The notes beneath the pieces are model-generated. The model had not been told where the DNA came from and made no database searches. It saw nothing but the letters and a program-made list of their open reading frames with translations. Position numbers and translations under genes: made by a program. 64,000 bases of DNA from Auanema rhodensis (Eukaryota; Animalia; Nematoda). Below, piece after piece: positions 26,261-40,092 of the stretch. The stretch spans positions 7,254,001 to 7,318,000 of the forward strand of contig OZ059894.1 of assembly GCA_964057225.1 (NCBI GenBank), read 5' to 3'. Within the stretch, counting starts at the first letter, position 1, and every line of letters begins with the position of its first letter.

Positions 26261-26989
26261 GCATCATTGTTCCTGTTGTTGTACAGAACTAATATTGATA
26301 ACCTGTTACTCTTTATACTGTCGTTTTCGTTAATGTAAGATCTCCTTTTCGGTCCATTTATGTATTCTATATTTTGTTAATAATAAACGATAGTTTAACT
26401 TACGCTATTTTTTCTTGAACGAAATTTGACAAAAAATGGAAAGCTTTTGCTCGAAGACTCATCTATAGCTGACTTGAATAATGAGTGTTTCTCATATTTG
26501 CATGGTAATGCTGTTCAGTGCTCCATCTTATGAGCTTATATACTAGACTCTTGCTATGACCCATTTCTAGCTCAAAGACTGAAGTTATTGTTATAAAATG
26601 TGGACAAGTGGAGGCGTTACTGTTTCTTAATTGATGTCTATGGGGTAGAGAAAATACATTTTCAAGAAGTTTTAAATAAAATACGTTTTCGTCTATGTAA
26701 TTATTCATAGAGGAATCAAGTTAAGTATAGCTATTACACATTTTCGTTTCATACATAAACAATTATCCCATTAATAATATATTGTATGCTAATCGAATTG
26801 CCCAAGTTGGATGTGAACAAGTAGATTTTTGAGAATTTTGATTTATTTCTTGGCTATATACAAACGGTTAGATTAACATAAAATGATAAGTGGTAATGAA
26901 ATTAAACATAAACATAATTAACAATAAGAATAAAAAGTAAACACATGCTAGGCAATTAAAAAAAAGTGATTCAGACTATGCTCTAAGTT

Positions 26990-28085
26990 TTAACAAGCTT
27001 GAGCCTTGTGTGGATGTCTCTTTCTACGAAGAATCTTATCCTTTCTGAGACTGACTGGTCTTTTGCGATTGTTGCGAGCTTGATAGATGTTGCAAGCACT
27101 AAAATAAAATATATTTAAAACGACGAAACAATAAAAAACCGTACTTGCATTCCACTTCACCATTTGCGTTCCATCTCCAAAGAGGAGTTTCAGTTGTTTT
27201 GCAATTTGAGCAAACTGAGTTTTTGTGAAGCTGACCAGCAGCACCCTAAATTTAAGTTAATTAACATGAGTTGAATTAATAAAAAACGTACTCTGTTAGT
27301 TCGATCTACAGGCATCTTCAAAGTTTTTTCTTTATCCGTTGATGGCATATATGGATGATATTGATAGGAATAGTGGTTAGTCGTATAATTGCAGTAATTA
27401 GAAGGAGCTGGCATGAATTCCTAAACAAGAAGTGTTAAGCTAAATAATTACAAAGAGTATGAACTTACATTGTTTTTATACGGCTCTGCTTGTAAAAACT
27501 GTAAAAGAAGAGGATGACTTGCTTGTAATGCGTTATCGCTGCCCATGTAAGGAGGGCTGTAGGATGAATTAAATGTTGAAGCAGGAGAGCACAGCTAAAC
27601 AAGTCATAAGTATTCAATATTGAAAATTTATGAAATACCTCATCCTCCTTGTGATATTTGGGACATTCTGGTGTCAAATTGAGACTAGGAGAAATGTTGT
27701 AAGATAATGACTGCTCACTGAAAAAAAAGATAAAGTTTGAATTCTTTCATTATGGGAGCTTACGCTGGGCGTAGAAATTCATAGAATGTTTGTAAGTCTT
27801 CCGGCGTAGGCTGAGGTGGACATTGTGAGATATTGCTACCTTAAATTGTAAAAAATAGAATAGATAATATAACTATAAAATTTTACCTTCAGACTGCTTA
27901 AGCCACTGAACTACTTCTTTTTTGAATTCATAGGGAGACGTTATAGGATCAGAAGTGAACAAACGGTCTGAAAAAAAAGAATAATGCAAAATAAATTTAA
28001 AAAATTCTAAATTACCATTTGCTGGAGCGTAGTTAAGAACAAGAGAGACGGAATCGGGTGCTGATTCAGAGTGATGATTATACAT
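26990..28085 (-). CDS. Single-finger GATA transcription factor, ELT-3/ELT-7/END clade, divergent
   Basis: 8 exons splice to MYNHHSE...GQLHKNSVCSNCKTTETPLWRWNANGEVECNACNIYQARNNRKRPVSLRKDKILRRKRHP. C-x2-C-x17-C-x2-C finger; HxNS..CSNC, ECNACN and NNRKRPxSLRKD are ELT-3-like; intron 27099-27144 splits the Asn codon of ECNAC. Confidence 0.88.
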
Positions 28086-28408
28086 AATTCTTGTACAAGA
28101 AGAACTGATGAATGGAGAGATAAAGCTGGGCTATATATATCCCTACGATCGACGGCCAGATCAGAAGGTTTTATCACAGCTCTTGACCGCCTTTGGAATT
28201 CGTGAACTTTTTTCACACTGTTAACAGTGATAAGTTGCTAGAGGGTAAAGTCAGAGGCTGCCGCCTGACACCTTGAAAGCGGTGTCTATTTTACGTGACA
28301 GTCCAAAGAAGTTCATCAGTTCATATTTATTAACAATATATTGAAAAACAAGAGAAAGTGATAAAAAATTAAAACTCTGTAAAGTTTCTACTTTGCATGT
28401 ACAAATTA
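28086..28408 (-). promoter_or_regulatory. Compact promoter of the GATA gene: TATA-like element and four WGATAA sites
   Basis: TATATATA near 28132-28140; AGATAA 28118-28123, TTATCA 28171-28176, TGATAA 28228-28233 and 28359-28364; 14-bp palindrome CACTGTTAACAGTG at 28216-28229. Confidence 0.5.
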
Positions 28409-31400
28409 TTATTGAGTAGTGCTTTCCGTACGTCTAAAAATATAATATGTTTAGAAATTGAAGAAGTTTATATACCCATCAGGATATTTTCTTCTTATAT
28501 ATGAAAGTCCTCTAGCATCCTTTCCTAATACATAATGAAAATCTGGTCGGGTTCCCAAAGTCAATTTTTCGACTAATCGTTCGTCATGGGTAATTACAAT
28601 CATCTAAATTTCTATTTATCTTCAAAAGTTTTATATAAGCTCTAGCATACTTGGAACTGACGACCCCTTGTGCTACCATTTTCATCATCATTTCTTCGAG
28701 CAGCAATGAGATCATTGAGCATATCAGCAAGATATTCAACCTTAAAAAAGTGTTCAGAGTCTTAAGTAAGAAGTAAGAAATACCTTGTGTACATCAAGAT
28801 TTGTAGTAGGCTCATCAAGTGCAATCATAGAACAAATTCCTCCAAACACATCAGCTAAAGCTATTCTAATCAGAATGCAAGCAAGCATCTAAAACACTGT
28901 ATTCTAGATCTCACAAAACAAACCAAAAGTAAAACCTTTTGCCCAGCAGAGCAGCGATCCCTCATATCCATTTCAACACCCCCTTCTACCAGCATAACTA
29001 CTTTGTAGTCATATGATTTGCGAGTATCAGTGCTAGCCACATCAGATCTGAAAGCTTGGATATATATATATATATCATTAATAGATTTTGACCTGATCTT
29101 AATGCTTTCAATATCTCCTCCTTTATATACTCTTCTCCAAAGATCATCAAGAATTTCATTGATAGCGGACATTTTCTCTGTGTGGAACTTCAGAATGGAT
29201 GAATCCAAACATTTCCCATATTTGTCCAGATCTTCGATCGTTTTAGAACATACAACCTTATCAACTATAATATCTCTATAGTTCTTTTCAGCATCTTTCA
29301 TATTTTTTCCAGACAAAGCTATTTCGGCCTCGCGTCGCTTAATATGAGTAGAATATTTAAAAGTGTAGCAGTTGTATGTCACACCTTTTTCTCGGTTTCT
29401 CCTAATTGCCCATCAATTCTACCTTTTTCGATTTCTGCCTTTTCTCGTTCATTGTTCCTTAACTACATAGCGAACATTTTTCATATCTAGCATTTGATAT
29501 TTACCGTTACTTCTCTTCTCAAAACTTCAGGGTCTTCCACCCCAATATCCAAATGAATAAGTTCTTTTTCAATATTTTGAATGCTGTTTTCTAATATCAT
29601 ACGGCTTTTCTGATCTTCTAATGTTCTTTTACGGAGATGCTAAAAACAAAAAGTTGAGCTTGAATTCGAAGCATAGCAGTTACCATACTATCCATATCTC
29701 CAACTTGATTTTGAAGTCTATCAATCATCATATTTTTATTCAAAATTTCGTCATCGGTTTTTTTTAATTCTTCAGTACATCTACCAACCTAAAAATTGAA
29801 ATTACAAATTGCCGTTTCACATTTGTACCTCATTCTTATTTACAGATAAAGTAGTCAACTTTTGTACTAAATCGTCCAGCTTTGTTTTGTGACTGGTCAT
29901 TTCTTTAGTTAAAAATTATATTATTATTTATTTTATTTATATTACCATTCAGTTTTCGTAAAATTCGTAACTCCTCTTCTCTTGCAGAGTTTAAAACGTC
30001 CTCTTTCTTCACCTTTGCAGCCTTAATGAATCTTTCAGAAGAGTTGGTTAAGAGACAGACTGATAAACCTCAACGACTTTTTGGAAAGAAGGGAGATCAC
30101 TTGATAATAAACACTGTTTTTTCAACAAAGCATTCTTTTCTGCTTTCTTACTTTCTAGTTGTTCTATAATCATTGTAGATTGTGCTGCTGCTTCTCCTAA
30201 TGTTACGCGCCGCTCACGAAGAGAATTCAACTGTAAAAATTTTTTTTTAAAATGTTATATCAGCCAACATACTCTGTCACCAATCGCATTTCTTTCATTC
30301 GAAGCTATTTGAAGATGCTCTCCTCTTTTTACCAGATTGTTAATGATACCCTGTATTTCAAAAATAGCATTCTAACTTCCTCCATTAAAGTACCTCAAGC
30401 TCCGAAATGTTCTCTTTTAACAAAGAGCAAGAGTATGCTTGTGATGGAGGTATTTGAGCTTTGAGAACTTTTATTTCTGAACTGAGTCGTTCAAGTGATT
30501 CGAGATAGTTATCCATTAGCCCCACATCTATCTGAACCCTTTTCGTGATACCAATGTTTTCATATGCAAATTACCTGAATTTCACTCAACATTTTAGTTT
30601 TCTCTCGAATTTTATCTAATTCTCGCTTCCTATCTTTCACTCCTGCCGACTCTATCAACAGAGATCTTTCAGATTCAGATCGTCTTTCAGCTAATTCAGT
30701 GAGTTCGGCTTCGATCTTTCTTAAAAACGCACAAGTTTTCATTTTTGAAATATTTCTAACTTGACTCTATCTACATCACTAACTGCTAAAGATAGGATGT
30801 TTTCCTTTTCCTCATAAATAGAAACTTCGTTTTGAAGCTTGCCGATTTCCTCAGGGAAATTTAAACTCATATTCATTAGCTGAAAATTCTGCATCAGATA
30901 AAATTCGTTAAAAATGGAACCTTTGTTGATAAATCATGCGCAGCATTTTTATTGGTAAAGCGACGTTCACAGAGAGGACAGCAGGATTTCTGTGTGACTT
31001 CGTTACTCCATGACTCGTACAAGATCTGTAGAAAAAATCATTGAAATGAAAGAAAATAAAGTTTTTGTTAAATTACCGCTTTGGTATCTAAAGGAGCAAG
31101 CTCATTACGAGATTTTTTTAAACTTGATTTAACATGAATAAGTTCAGCAGAGACATCATCAGGTAGACAACCAGATGTCTGAAACTCATAAGAAATAAAA
31201 ATAAACAAAAATAATAACAACATTCAAAATTTTTGACCGAAGTTCGTTTAATTCGTCGGTCAATTTTCTTTCAGAATTGTCGATTTGAGACAGATTTTGT
31301 TGTTCACGATCAGCACTTAACTGAGCTCTATTAAGAGCATTCTCCGCTACAGATTGTTCTATTGAGTTATCATTTTGATAACTTGTAACTTTCTGACTGA

Positions 31401-33775
31401 AATAGAAATAATTTGCAATAAACGAGACCTGATGCGTTACCTCCAGGGCCCAGAAGAAAATGATCCGAAAAAATTAATGAACGCGGGTTTGTGTTTATAT
31501 TCCAGATCATCTAATTTAATCTTGATAACAGCATGCTCCTCTTGTTTTCTTGACAATTCCTTTTCAGATTCTTCAAAAATTTCAGAACTTCTTAGCTTAT
31601 TTCTCAGATCAGTTAACTAAATGCTAGTGGTAATCTAGTATTTACGAAGATTTTACTTTATCCTGCTGAAGTTGTCTTTCTTGACGAATCCGATCCGCCT
31701 CATTTTCGTCTCCGGGCGGAAGATCAGACAGTTTTGACTCTAACAATGAAATTTCCGAATTTAAGTTAGCAATCCTTAAATAAAAAAAACATAAATGGAG
31801 AAAGGTATCTCACATACGCAGATTGGGAGCTGTTCGCTGCTTGCAAACGAACTTCAAATTGACGAATATCAGTTTCTAACTTTCTAATTGAAGAATTAAT
31901 TGTGGAATGTTCAAATTCCATTTTATTATAATCTGCTAAAGCTGCTTCAAGCTGTTTCTCGCATTCATTTTTTACAATGAGTACATTGTTCTGATAATAG
32001 CGATACTTGAATATTATAAGCAATTATTTCATCATACCTTCAAATTCTCACGTTCGTTTTTTTCAGAATTTATTAAAGCCTCGAATTGGGCATCCAAATC
32101 AACACCGGCACGAAGATCATAAGTTTCGGCAAGGAGTTTCTCCAATGCTCCAAGTTCTTTCATTAAACTTGCTCGATGCTGAATATAAAATTTTATAAAA
32201 TTTGCCTAAAATTATCCATACCATATCTGCACTCCGAAGTTCCACCAACTCTTCCTCTTTTGCTCTTCGAAATGCTTTCAATTGCTCAATTCGACTCTGA
32301 AGATTTGCAACTTCCCTTTCCAAGTTATTTTTTTTATCACTTAGATTTTTAAACTCCGCTGATGAGGTTAGCTGAGAATATAAAATTAGAATGCTAAAAG
32401 CAAGATTTACACCTCATCAATTTCCAATTGAAGCATTTCAGAGCTTCCCTTATATGGAGCAACATTAATATTTCTCAATTGTTCTTGTCTCATATTTAAT
32501 TCAGCTTTTTTCAGATCTAAAGACATGGGGGCAAATAGAAAATCAAGCATAAGTCATTGCTGTATTGTTTACCTAATGTTCGGCGAACCTTTTCTAAATG
32601 GATCAACTTCTCATTGTTTTGCCGAATAAACTGTAATTAGAAAATCAAATTCAGAAAATTACAGTCATCGCAAACATCTGTGCATTCTTCAATTCGTTTT
32701 CTCAAAGTTTGTAATTTAATCAAAGCATCCGCTTTCCAACGTTCAGTATCAGCAATATCTTGCAAAAACTATGAAAAAATAAATTGATCCTTGAAATTAA
32801 TATGATACCCGGGCTTTATTCTGAATAACCATTTCTGCGTTATGCTTTTTTTCTGTAACAATTTTGAGCTCATTGTCCTGTAAGCTTCTATTCTATATTA
32901 GATTACAAAATAATGAGTTACATATTCTTTTTTCAGCTTCTTCATCTGATCCAACGCTTTAACAAACTTGGTTAATTGAAAAATTTTGTCGAATCTTTTC
33001 TTTAATTCCCTCGGTTCACTCAATGGCCTGAACATCTTGGTAAAGAGGTACTGGTCTTTGTACCTACCAACATGAATCCTCTTGGTGACAAAACACAACA
33101 GAATCCAAAATCGCCGTTGGTATACCAAGAAGGTTTAGCATCTATGGAAGCTATGGTATTTAAGAGTTGTCGTATTTAAATACCTCTCTACGAAAATCAG
33201 CAACCTTTGAAGAAATTTTTCTGACCACACCATTATTATTAATTTGAATTGTGAATTCTTCTGATTCAGTTTTGAATTTCTCACCCTACATTCTCATTAT
33301 GAAAATATAACTAAAACGCTCCATAAAATACCTTAGTCAATGAGCTTGTCATTCTTTTTGTGGCAACACATTCTCTGTTTTTTGCATCAAAAAACTGCAA
33401 TTTCACCATACTATCAACTCTCGATCTTCGTGAGATCTAAAATTTTCATTCAATAGAATTCTCCATAATTCCAAACCTTCAGGTTATGTATGAAAGTCGC
33501 AAGTTTTCCGGCAGGTAACTCCCCTGTAGTTACATAATTTAAACTCTCGATGATTGTCTAAATAATATAGAAATTCCGATCCGAATAATTTCAAACAATA
33601 CAGTTTTTCCGGTTCCATTTGGTCCACTTATAATAGTTAAGGGATTCAAAAACTTTATTATATGAGCATCTTCCTCTTCTATACCAACAGATCGAACACC
33701 TCTGATCATAAGCTAAAAGTTGGATAGAAAACTTTCAACATATTTCATTAATCTAACCTGTCCTATATGAGCCAT
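28409..33775 (-). CDS. rad-50: DNA repair protein RAD50 (MRN complex), many short introns
   Basis: MAHIGQ|[10 protein letters not shown], Walker [24 protein letters not shown], zinc hook CPLC near 30970, long coiled coils, [19 protein letters not shown] and IVITHD. The last small exon is inferred. Confidence 0.95.
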
Positions 33776-33903
33776 AATTTATTATTGTTTATATACTTTA
33801 AAACACATAAGTTTATGCTTAAACATTGAACAACACAGCTTTTGATATTAGTTATTGTTTTTAATTCAAACAATAGATATGTACGTGCTTGCGTATCAGT
33901 TGT

Positions 33904-33911
33904 GCGGGAAA
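33904..33911 (-). promoter_or_regulatory. E2F/DREAM-type site TTTCCCGC about 130 bp upstream of the rad-50 ATG
   Basis: GCGGGAAA in AT-rich surroundings; plausible for a DNA-repair gene. Confidence 0.45.
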
Positions 33912-36900
33912 TAAAAGAAAAACGAATTCACAATGAAACGGTATTAATCTTAGATAAATGGCTGGTAAATAAGCTATCATGTTCTGTGTAATGGAATTGC
34001 CTCGTGTAGCGGAACTAATTTATTAAATATTAGAAAGCTTGCATGAAAACAAATATAAATATATTATTAGCCACATAATTAGCAAATAATGAATTGTTTC
34101 TGGTCACTTACTCTTAGAAAATTCATTTTTAATATGATTGGCAATGGAACGGTTGTGTTTTATCAAATCATTTTATCAAATTTATTGTGAAATTTTTTAT
34201 AATTCTTTATAGCATATAACTGTTTGCTAGAATTTGAATTTTTTTATTTAATTTTATGTTTTTAAAATAAAGAACCGTTTTTTGTGGTATTTTTAATTGT
34301 TTTTCAGAAACATTGGAAAAGCTTAAAGAATAATAACGAATTGTTACATGTCTGGTTTCATTTGGAAGGTTCGTTTGTTTGATAATATCAGTAAATTCAA
34401 AAAAATCTACACTTTGGTTTTAAAAAAAATACTAATCTACTAATCTTTGAATGATTCATGGAAATCGAATGAGTAGAAAGCCATATGCACTACCAGTTAC
34501 TGGGCTAACTAGATGAAACAAACAAAGATAAAGATAAAACATTTAATTTTAATATTTTTGTGAACTTTTCATAATGTTTCAAGAAACTGTATAAACAACC
34601 CATTAGTACTCAAAACAAAAATTAAAGTAGAAACATAATCATCCTTTCAAATTTTAAAGTTGTGTATACAGTATAAAAATTCGAAATAGAAAAGATTTTG
34701 GAAGCTGTTGGCACAAGAAGAACAAACAAAATTCTTCTCCTACTGACTGAATGCCTATTTTTTCTTTCATTTTGATTTGTTTTAGTTCTTTTAGTTACTG
34801 ACTGCTTTTCTGAAAAGTAAGCATCAGGTAAAACAAGCAAAATCGGATTATAATGTTCAAGAATTACAACTTTTCCTGAAATTTACTTTTAGTTTACCAA
34901 CCAGCTCTGCAACTTCTATCGTTCAGTTACTGTTACTACTGTCCCATCTAAAACGTTCGTAATAATTATACAAGTACCAATTATAAAATTTATAAGAATT
35001 CATTCAATTATAAGAATTCTTACTTAATTTATAAGAATTCTTACTTTTTCTTTAATTATTGTTTTTTTTTGTATTTCGTTGTACGCTCATATCAAAGATT
35101 CTCAGTTTATTCGATTATTATATACACATGATCTGTACATACATACATTGACAAAAATTCTAATGAAGCTCAGGTTTGCATAAATTAGCATTGATTCATA
35201 TATCTTGTATGTTTCATCTCAACAGTTAACCAGAAGAAAAATTATTCAGTTTCCGATAAGACTTATGCTCTTTTTTCAAATATATTATTATGAACTTTCT
35301 TAAGAAATCGTCTAATCCTGCGATCTTGTCAGAACTCAAACGATGAAATAGTGTGAGAACATTTCTATCAAATGTTTATAAGAAAATGATTTCTATTATG
35401 TGATTTACAATAATTGCTCAGTGAAGAACTATGTTTGTCAGATTTACAAACTTGCTAACTAAGCAAATTCAATAAATATCTAACCTTGGATTCAAAGCTT
35501 TTTGCGGAAAAACTTTTCCATGTGGTGATTAGGCTCTTGCAAGGACAATCAAGACCTCAAGTACTGTTTGCGTCATCTAGAATGTTTTTACAAAATTGTC
35601 GTGACTAAGACAATCGATTTCTTTATTTTATTCAATAATGCTTTAAAACATTTCTTATATTCTGTGAATAAGTTTTATAAAATGTGTAATGTATACTTAA
35701 GATGTAAACAATTTAATACGATTGTTCCTCAATTCTGTTTATTTATGGTATCTTTTTCATAATCGTTTCCTCACCACATGAACAGTTTAATGTCAAGCAG
35801 CTGTGTAGGTGGATCATTTCTAGTTAGGTGCTCCCAATAGTTCTCGTTTCTATCCTATCTTTTTCTGAATTCCGTTATTGACATGAACTGTCAAATCGTT
35901 TTTCTGAATCGACAAATGAAAATTATCATTGAAAGTAGTTGCCTTTAGATTTTCATTCTTCCTGCGTCTAGCTCAATAACGTCGAAGATTGTTGAAATAC
36001 TCTAGTTCTTCCTTAACCAGCCCTTAGTTGCCTATTCATCTGTATACATAGTATATTGTTATTGAGTGCGAATGTTTCCATATTTGATTTTCATAATTCA
36101 ACCGTCAACTGTCAAACGAGTCTATCATTCTTCGTAGACAGTTGATTGAAGTGAAGTTGAAACAAATCTGTTCGCACACGCAGCAGCAACTTTAACTGAT
36201 CGGAAGCCTGACTGATAGCTTTACGGATGATGAAACGGTTTTGATCGTTGACTTCTGCTGCATCTCCCACCATTCCAACAGTTTCGATATAAACATAATG
36301 GTGTTACATCCAATAGAAATAGGATATTTTTAGCGTGATAAGACAGACACATCTATAAGTTCCTTTAACAAAAATATGTCTTCCCTTTTCTCTTTCTTAT
36401 ATTTTTTCTTCTTACTTCTTGAAACTTTCATTTTCCAGTTTTCCTTTTGTGCTATATTACTTTTCTTCGTATAAAACCACCTTCTTATCCTCATTTCTTC
36501 TTTTGCTTCATCTTCTCTCTTTCTTGTTAGCCTATTACATCTCATCTTTTTTCTTTGTAATCTATCTCCTCATCATCAGTCTTTACATATCAGCCTCAAC
36601 TTCTCTTCTTCCTTCTTATGTTCTCTGCCACTCGGTCGATTTCAAATTTCTCTATCATATGAATGAATGACCAGATATTTCAGAAAGTATTTTTCAATCA
36701 CTAGTAAAATCAAATGTCGAATGTCGAATGTTGTTTATATATATATATACAGATTAGACTATAAAATTCTTGTACTTTGACTGCTTTCTGGTACATTTTC
36801 CCTCAACTCGACTACATTATATTATATTTATTCTGTTCAAGTTTAATCTTTTAAATTCTGATTAAAGATTTGAAAATATAAAGTCATGTTCATTTTGCAT

Positions 36901-39900
36901 TTAAGTTTGTATTTCACTTTTGAATATGAACCATCTGCATTTTAAATGACATTTGAGATGTCAACTGCCTGTCTTTATTGAATTACGGCTAATTCTCTTC
37001 TGCCTAGTCTTGATCCAATAGCCCCCCCCCCTTGTCGAACCTGTATTTATTCGAATTTTTTCTCTGACCGTCTTATCATTTATTTTATCTCCAAATTTTA
37101 TTCTTTTCTGTTTCTGGACGTAAATTAATAAAAATATATTTTTTCAATCAGTTCTCCAATCCAGAAGCAACAGATGATGAGGAGATTCCTAATTTTTCAA
37201 TGAGAATGAAGACATACAGATCTGAGTAGAAGCTAGTCTGATGATGTGTAACCAATCGATCCAATCTGCCGTGAGCTTTTCAAGTATCTCCATCCACCCC
37301 AGTCTTCCTTCTTGTTCATGGCTTTTGGTTCTCTACTTCCGCTACTTTTTGCACTTCACCTACGCCAATCTTCTCAGTTTTTTTTTTAAATCGAAGTGGA
37401 AGTTTTCATCATATTAATGACAGTCTCAATCTGTATTTTTCCACTCCAGATCTTGCTCAACTATATTCCAGTATTGACATATAGATTTCATCAACGAAAT
37501 ATTGTTGAAATTTTCTTTGATTTTCTCATTCATTCCAAAGAACTAGAACAATCCTCAGTTTTCCGGCATTCAGTCTAATGAAAGCTTCATCATATTCTTC
37601 CCGACAATTTCACTAACTGATAGTCTTAATAGATGCATGAAACCCTGCTGTGAGGAGACAACGTCACCTCTTCTTAGTTTGGCCTATTGCCTTAGAAGGA
37701 ATGAAGACCTTCAAATTATCTTGTCTTCTCTTAACTTGCCCCTGGCAATTATGACACTTCCATAAAGCGCAGATGTATGTATGTAGATGAACACGCCGAA
37801 TCAGTGAGAATTATGGTGAAGACGACCAAACAAGTTTCATCTTTCACATTCATCGTTTCTTCTGCCCACTGCTACCGTCAGCCCTATACCTCCTCCATAT
37901 GCAAAATCAATCCGTTGACCCTTATATAGAAAACGGTAATTATATCCTTTCGTTTTTTTTCAACTTCGATTTATCGCAAACGTCATTATTATTTTCAACT
38001 TGTTTATTGCTCTTCGAACTATCCATATCAACTAGTTCTTTCTGTTATTGAAGCTTTCTCAACTAGCATGACTTTTGTTCTACTTACTACGGAGCTAAGC
38101 TCAAACATTGGCAAAACATTGAGAAAAACTTTTCGTTTTCTTTATCAATTTTTTTTCTTTGTTTTTTTATCTTTTTTTTTCTAATTTATGTAATGTTATC
38201 ATAAATATAGCAAAATACCAATCACGCTTTATCAACATAAAATCTAGTTTCCTAGATATTTCATGATGAATAGTCATCATGAAGCTTTCACATAACTTTT
38301 CCTATTGTATTTCATCATAATGTATGAGAACTGTACCGAAAATCTTGAAACATTATGAATTTTCCTACTTCGTTCTGATTTTCTATCTTAAACTTTTTTT
38401 TCTGCTCGCATCGAAGTTCTATTTGCTTTGTCTCTCTACCAGCTGAGCGAAGGAGTACCGTCGGGAATGTTCGCTTATTGGAGCGCAAATAATCCAAATT
38501 TGTATTCTTCACTAAACTTCTGATATCACGATGGGTGTTTAGTAATCTTTTATTTTCCAAGATTAAGTCTTGTGACGAAATGTTGAACTTTCTACCACTT
38601 GACAGCTTATACTACTCAAAAAACTTAAACCATATTTCTCGTTGAAACGAACTTTTTTTCACTACAGTTTCTTCTTGTCGAATGAATCTTAGGTATTAGG
38701 ATCACATTAAGAGTTTTCAAAGTTTGGTAAACATAAATGTAAAACTGATATTCAACTCTTGAAGACATTTTCCCAGCTCAGAATAGTTTTTTTGTTTTGC
38801 AATGATATATCGTATGGTCAAGAATATTCACACAAGTTTCAATCACAACCAGAAGCGTGTTGTGAAACAATGTGATTGAGGGCAATTGATCGAAAAATCA
38901 ACGAACGTTGAGAATATTATTTTCATTCCTTCGTGAATTCAAATAAAATATTCGGGTAATAACTTGTTAGAATGTTCAATAATCCAACATATGTGTTCTA
39001 AAAGAAGAAGGGATGAGTAAGATAAACGATTGAATGATCTTCTTAATTTCATTGCTGACTCAATAAAAATATTTTTACTTGCTTGGATTTACGCTTTTCA
39101 GTGTCTTTGTTTGTAATTCATTGATGGCTGATATAATTCTATCAATTGTACTGAACACATCATCATCACATGCACGTTTCAGAGCAAAGTGTGAAGATTA
39201 ACAGATTGACATATTGATTTCCGAGCAAGACAATCGCTACAAATCCGAATGTGATGTGGATAGGCTAAAGCGTAAGAGCAATAGAGCCAGGAACAGTCGT
39301 CGAGAAGAAGATGGACAACAGCTGTCTCCGCATTAGAGCCCTATCGTTCTCTTTTTCTCTGTCAGATTTCCTTTTCTCCTCGTTAGTCTGTAACTTTATT
39401 TTTCTCTGTTTCTCACTCTCTTAGATTGCCTCCCTTAGCCCAGCGTTCATCTCCCAAACAATAGCAGTAACCATCACCTATGTGATTCTGAATCTTAATA
39501 ACATTTTCATTGGGTGTTCGTGCTTCAACCACCTATGTTTTTGTGCTTTACCACATGTTACATTTCTGTTTTAACTATTGTACTTGCTAATTTCAGCAGT
39601 AGCATATATTTCGTCATATAATTGAAAACTAGATTGAAACCCCTGTCGTTATGAACTTGGAATTATTCGACTGAAACTTAGTCATCATCTTCGCATTACT
39701 TGTTTATAGGGAATTCAGTCAAAAATTATTTTTCTCATCTTCTTTTAAAAGACTACAAACTTTAATCTTGGCCAATGGTTGCGTTTATCACAACACGTAG
39801 AGTAGTCAGAAGCAACTGTTGTTTCGTATGTTCTTGTGTTTGCTCTTTTTTGATTTTTCTTCCTGTTATACGGCATTTAAGTTTTATTGCCAAATTACCT

Positions 39901-40092
39901 TTATTTTTCTGTTGCAAAATGTGTGCCAATATTATATTTCGTGCTCAATTCTCAATATCTAGAGAAGATTACGCTTTGTGGCACCTGTTCAGATTTCTTG
40001 CCTATTATTCTTCCACTTGAGCGTGAAAATGCCCATCTTTCATACATTTTACTTATTCTAGTTATGAAAGTTGAAAATTTTTTTTTCAGAGA

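Noticed and set aside
26796-26812. Partial resemblance to the SL1 leader (aattgcccaagttgga)
   Set aside because: Mismatched, and lacks the donor and Sm site of an SL RNA gene.
34990-35046. Three copies of TATAAGAATTC with short spacers
   Set aside because: Local slippage duplication; not CRISPR-like and no transposon termini.
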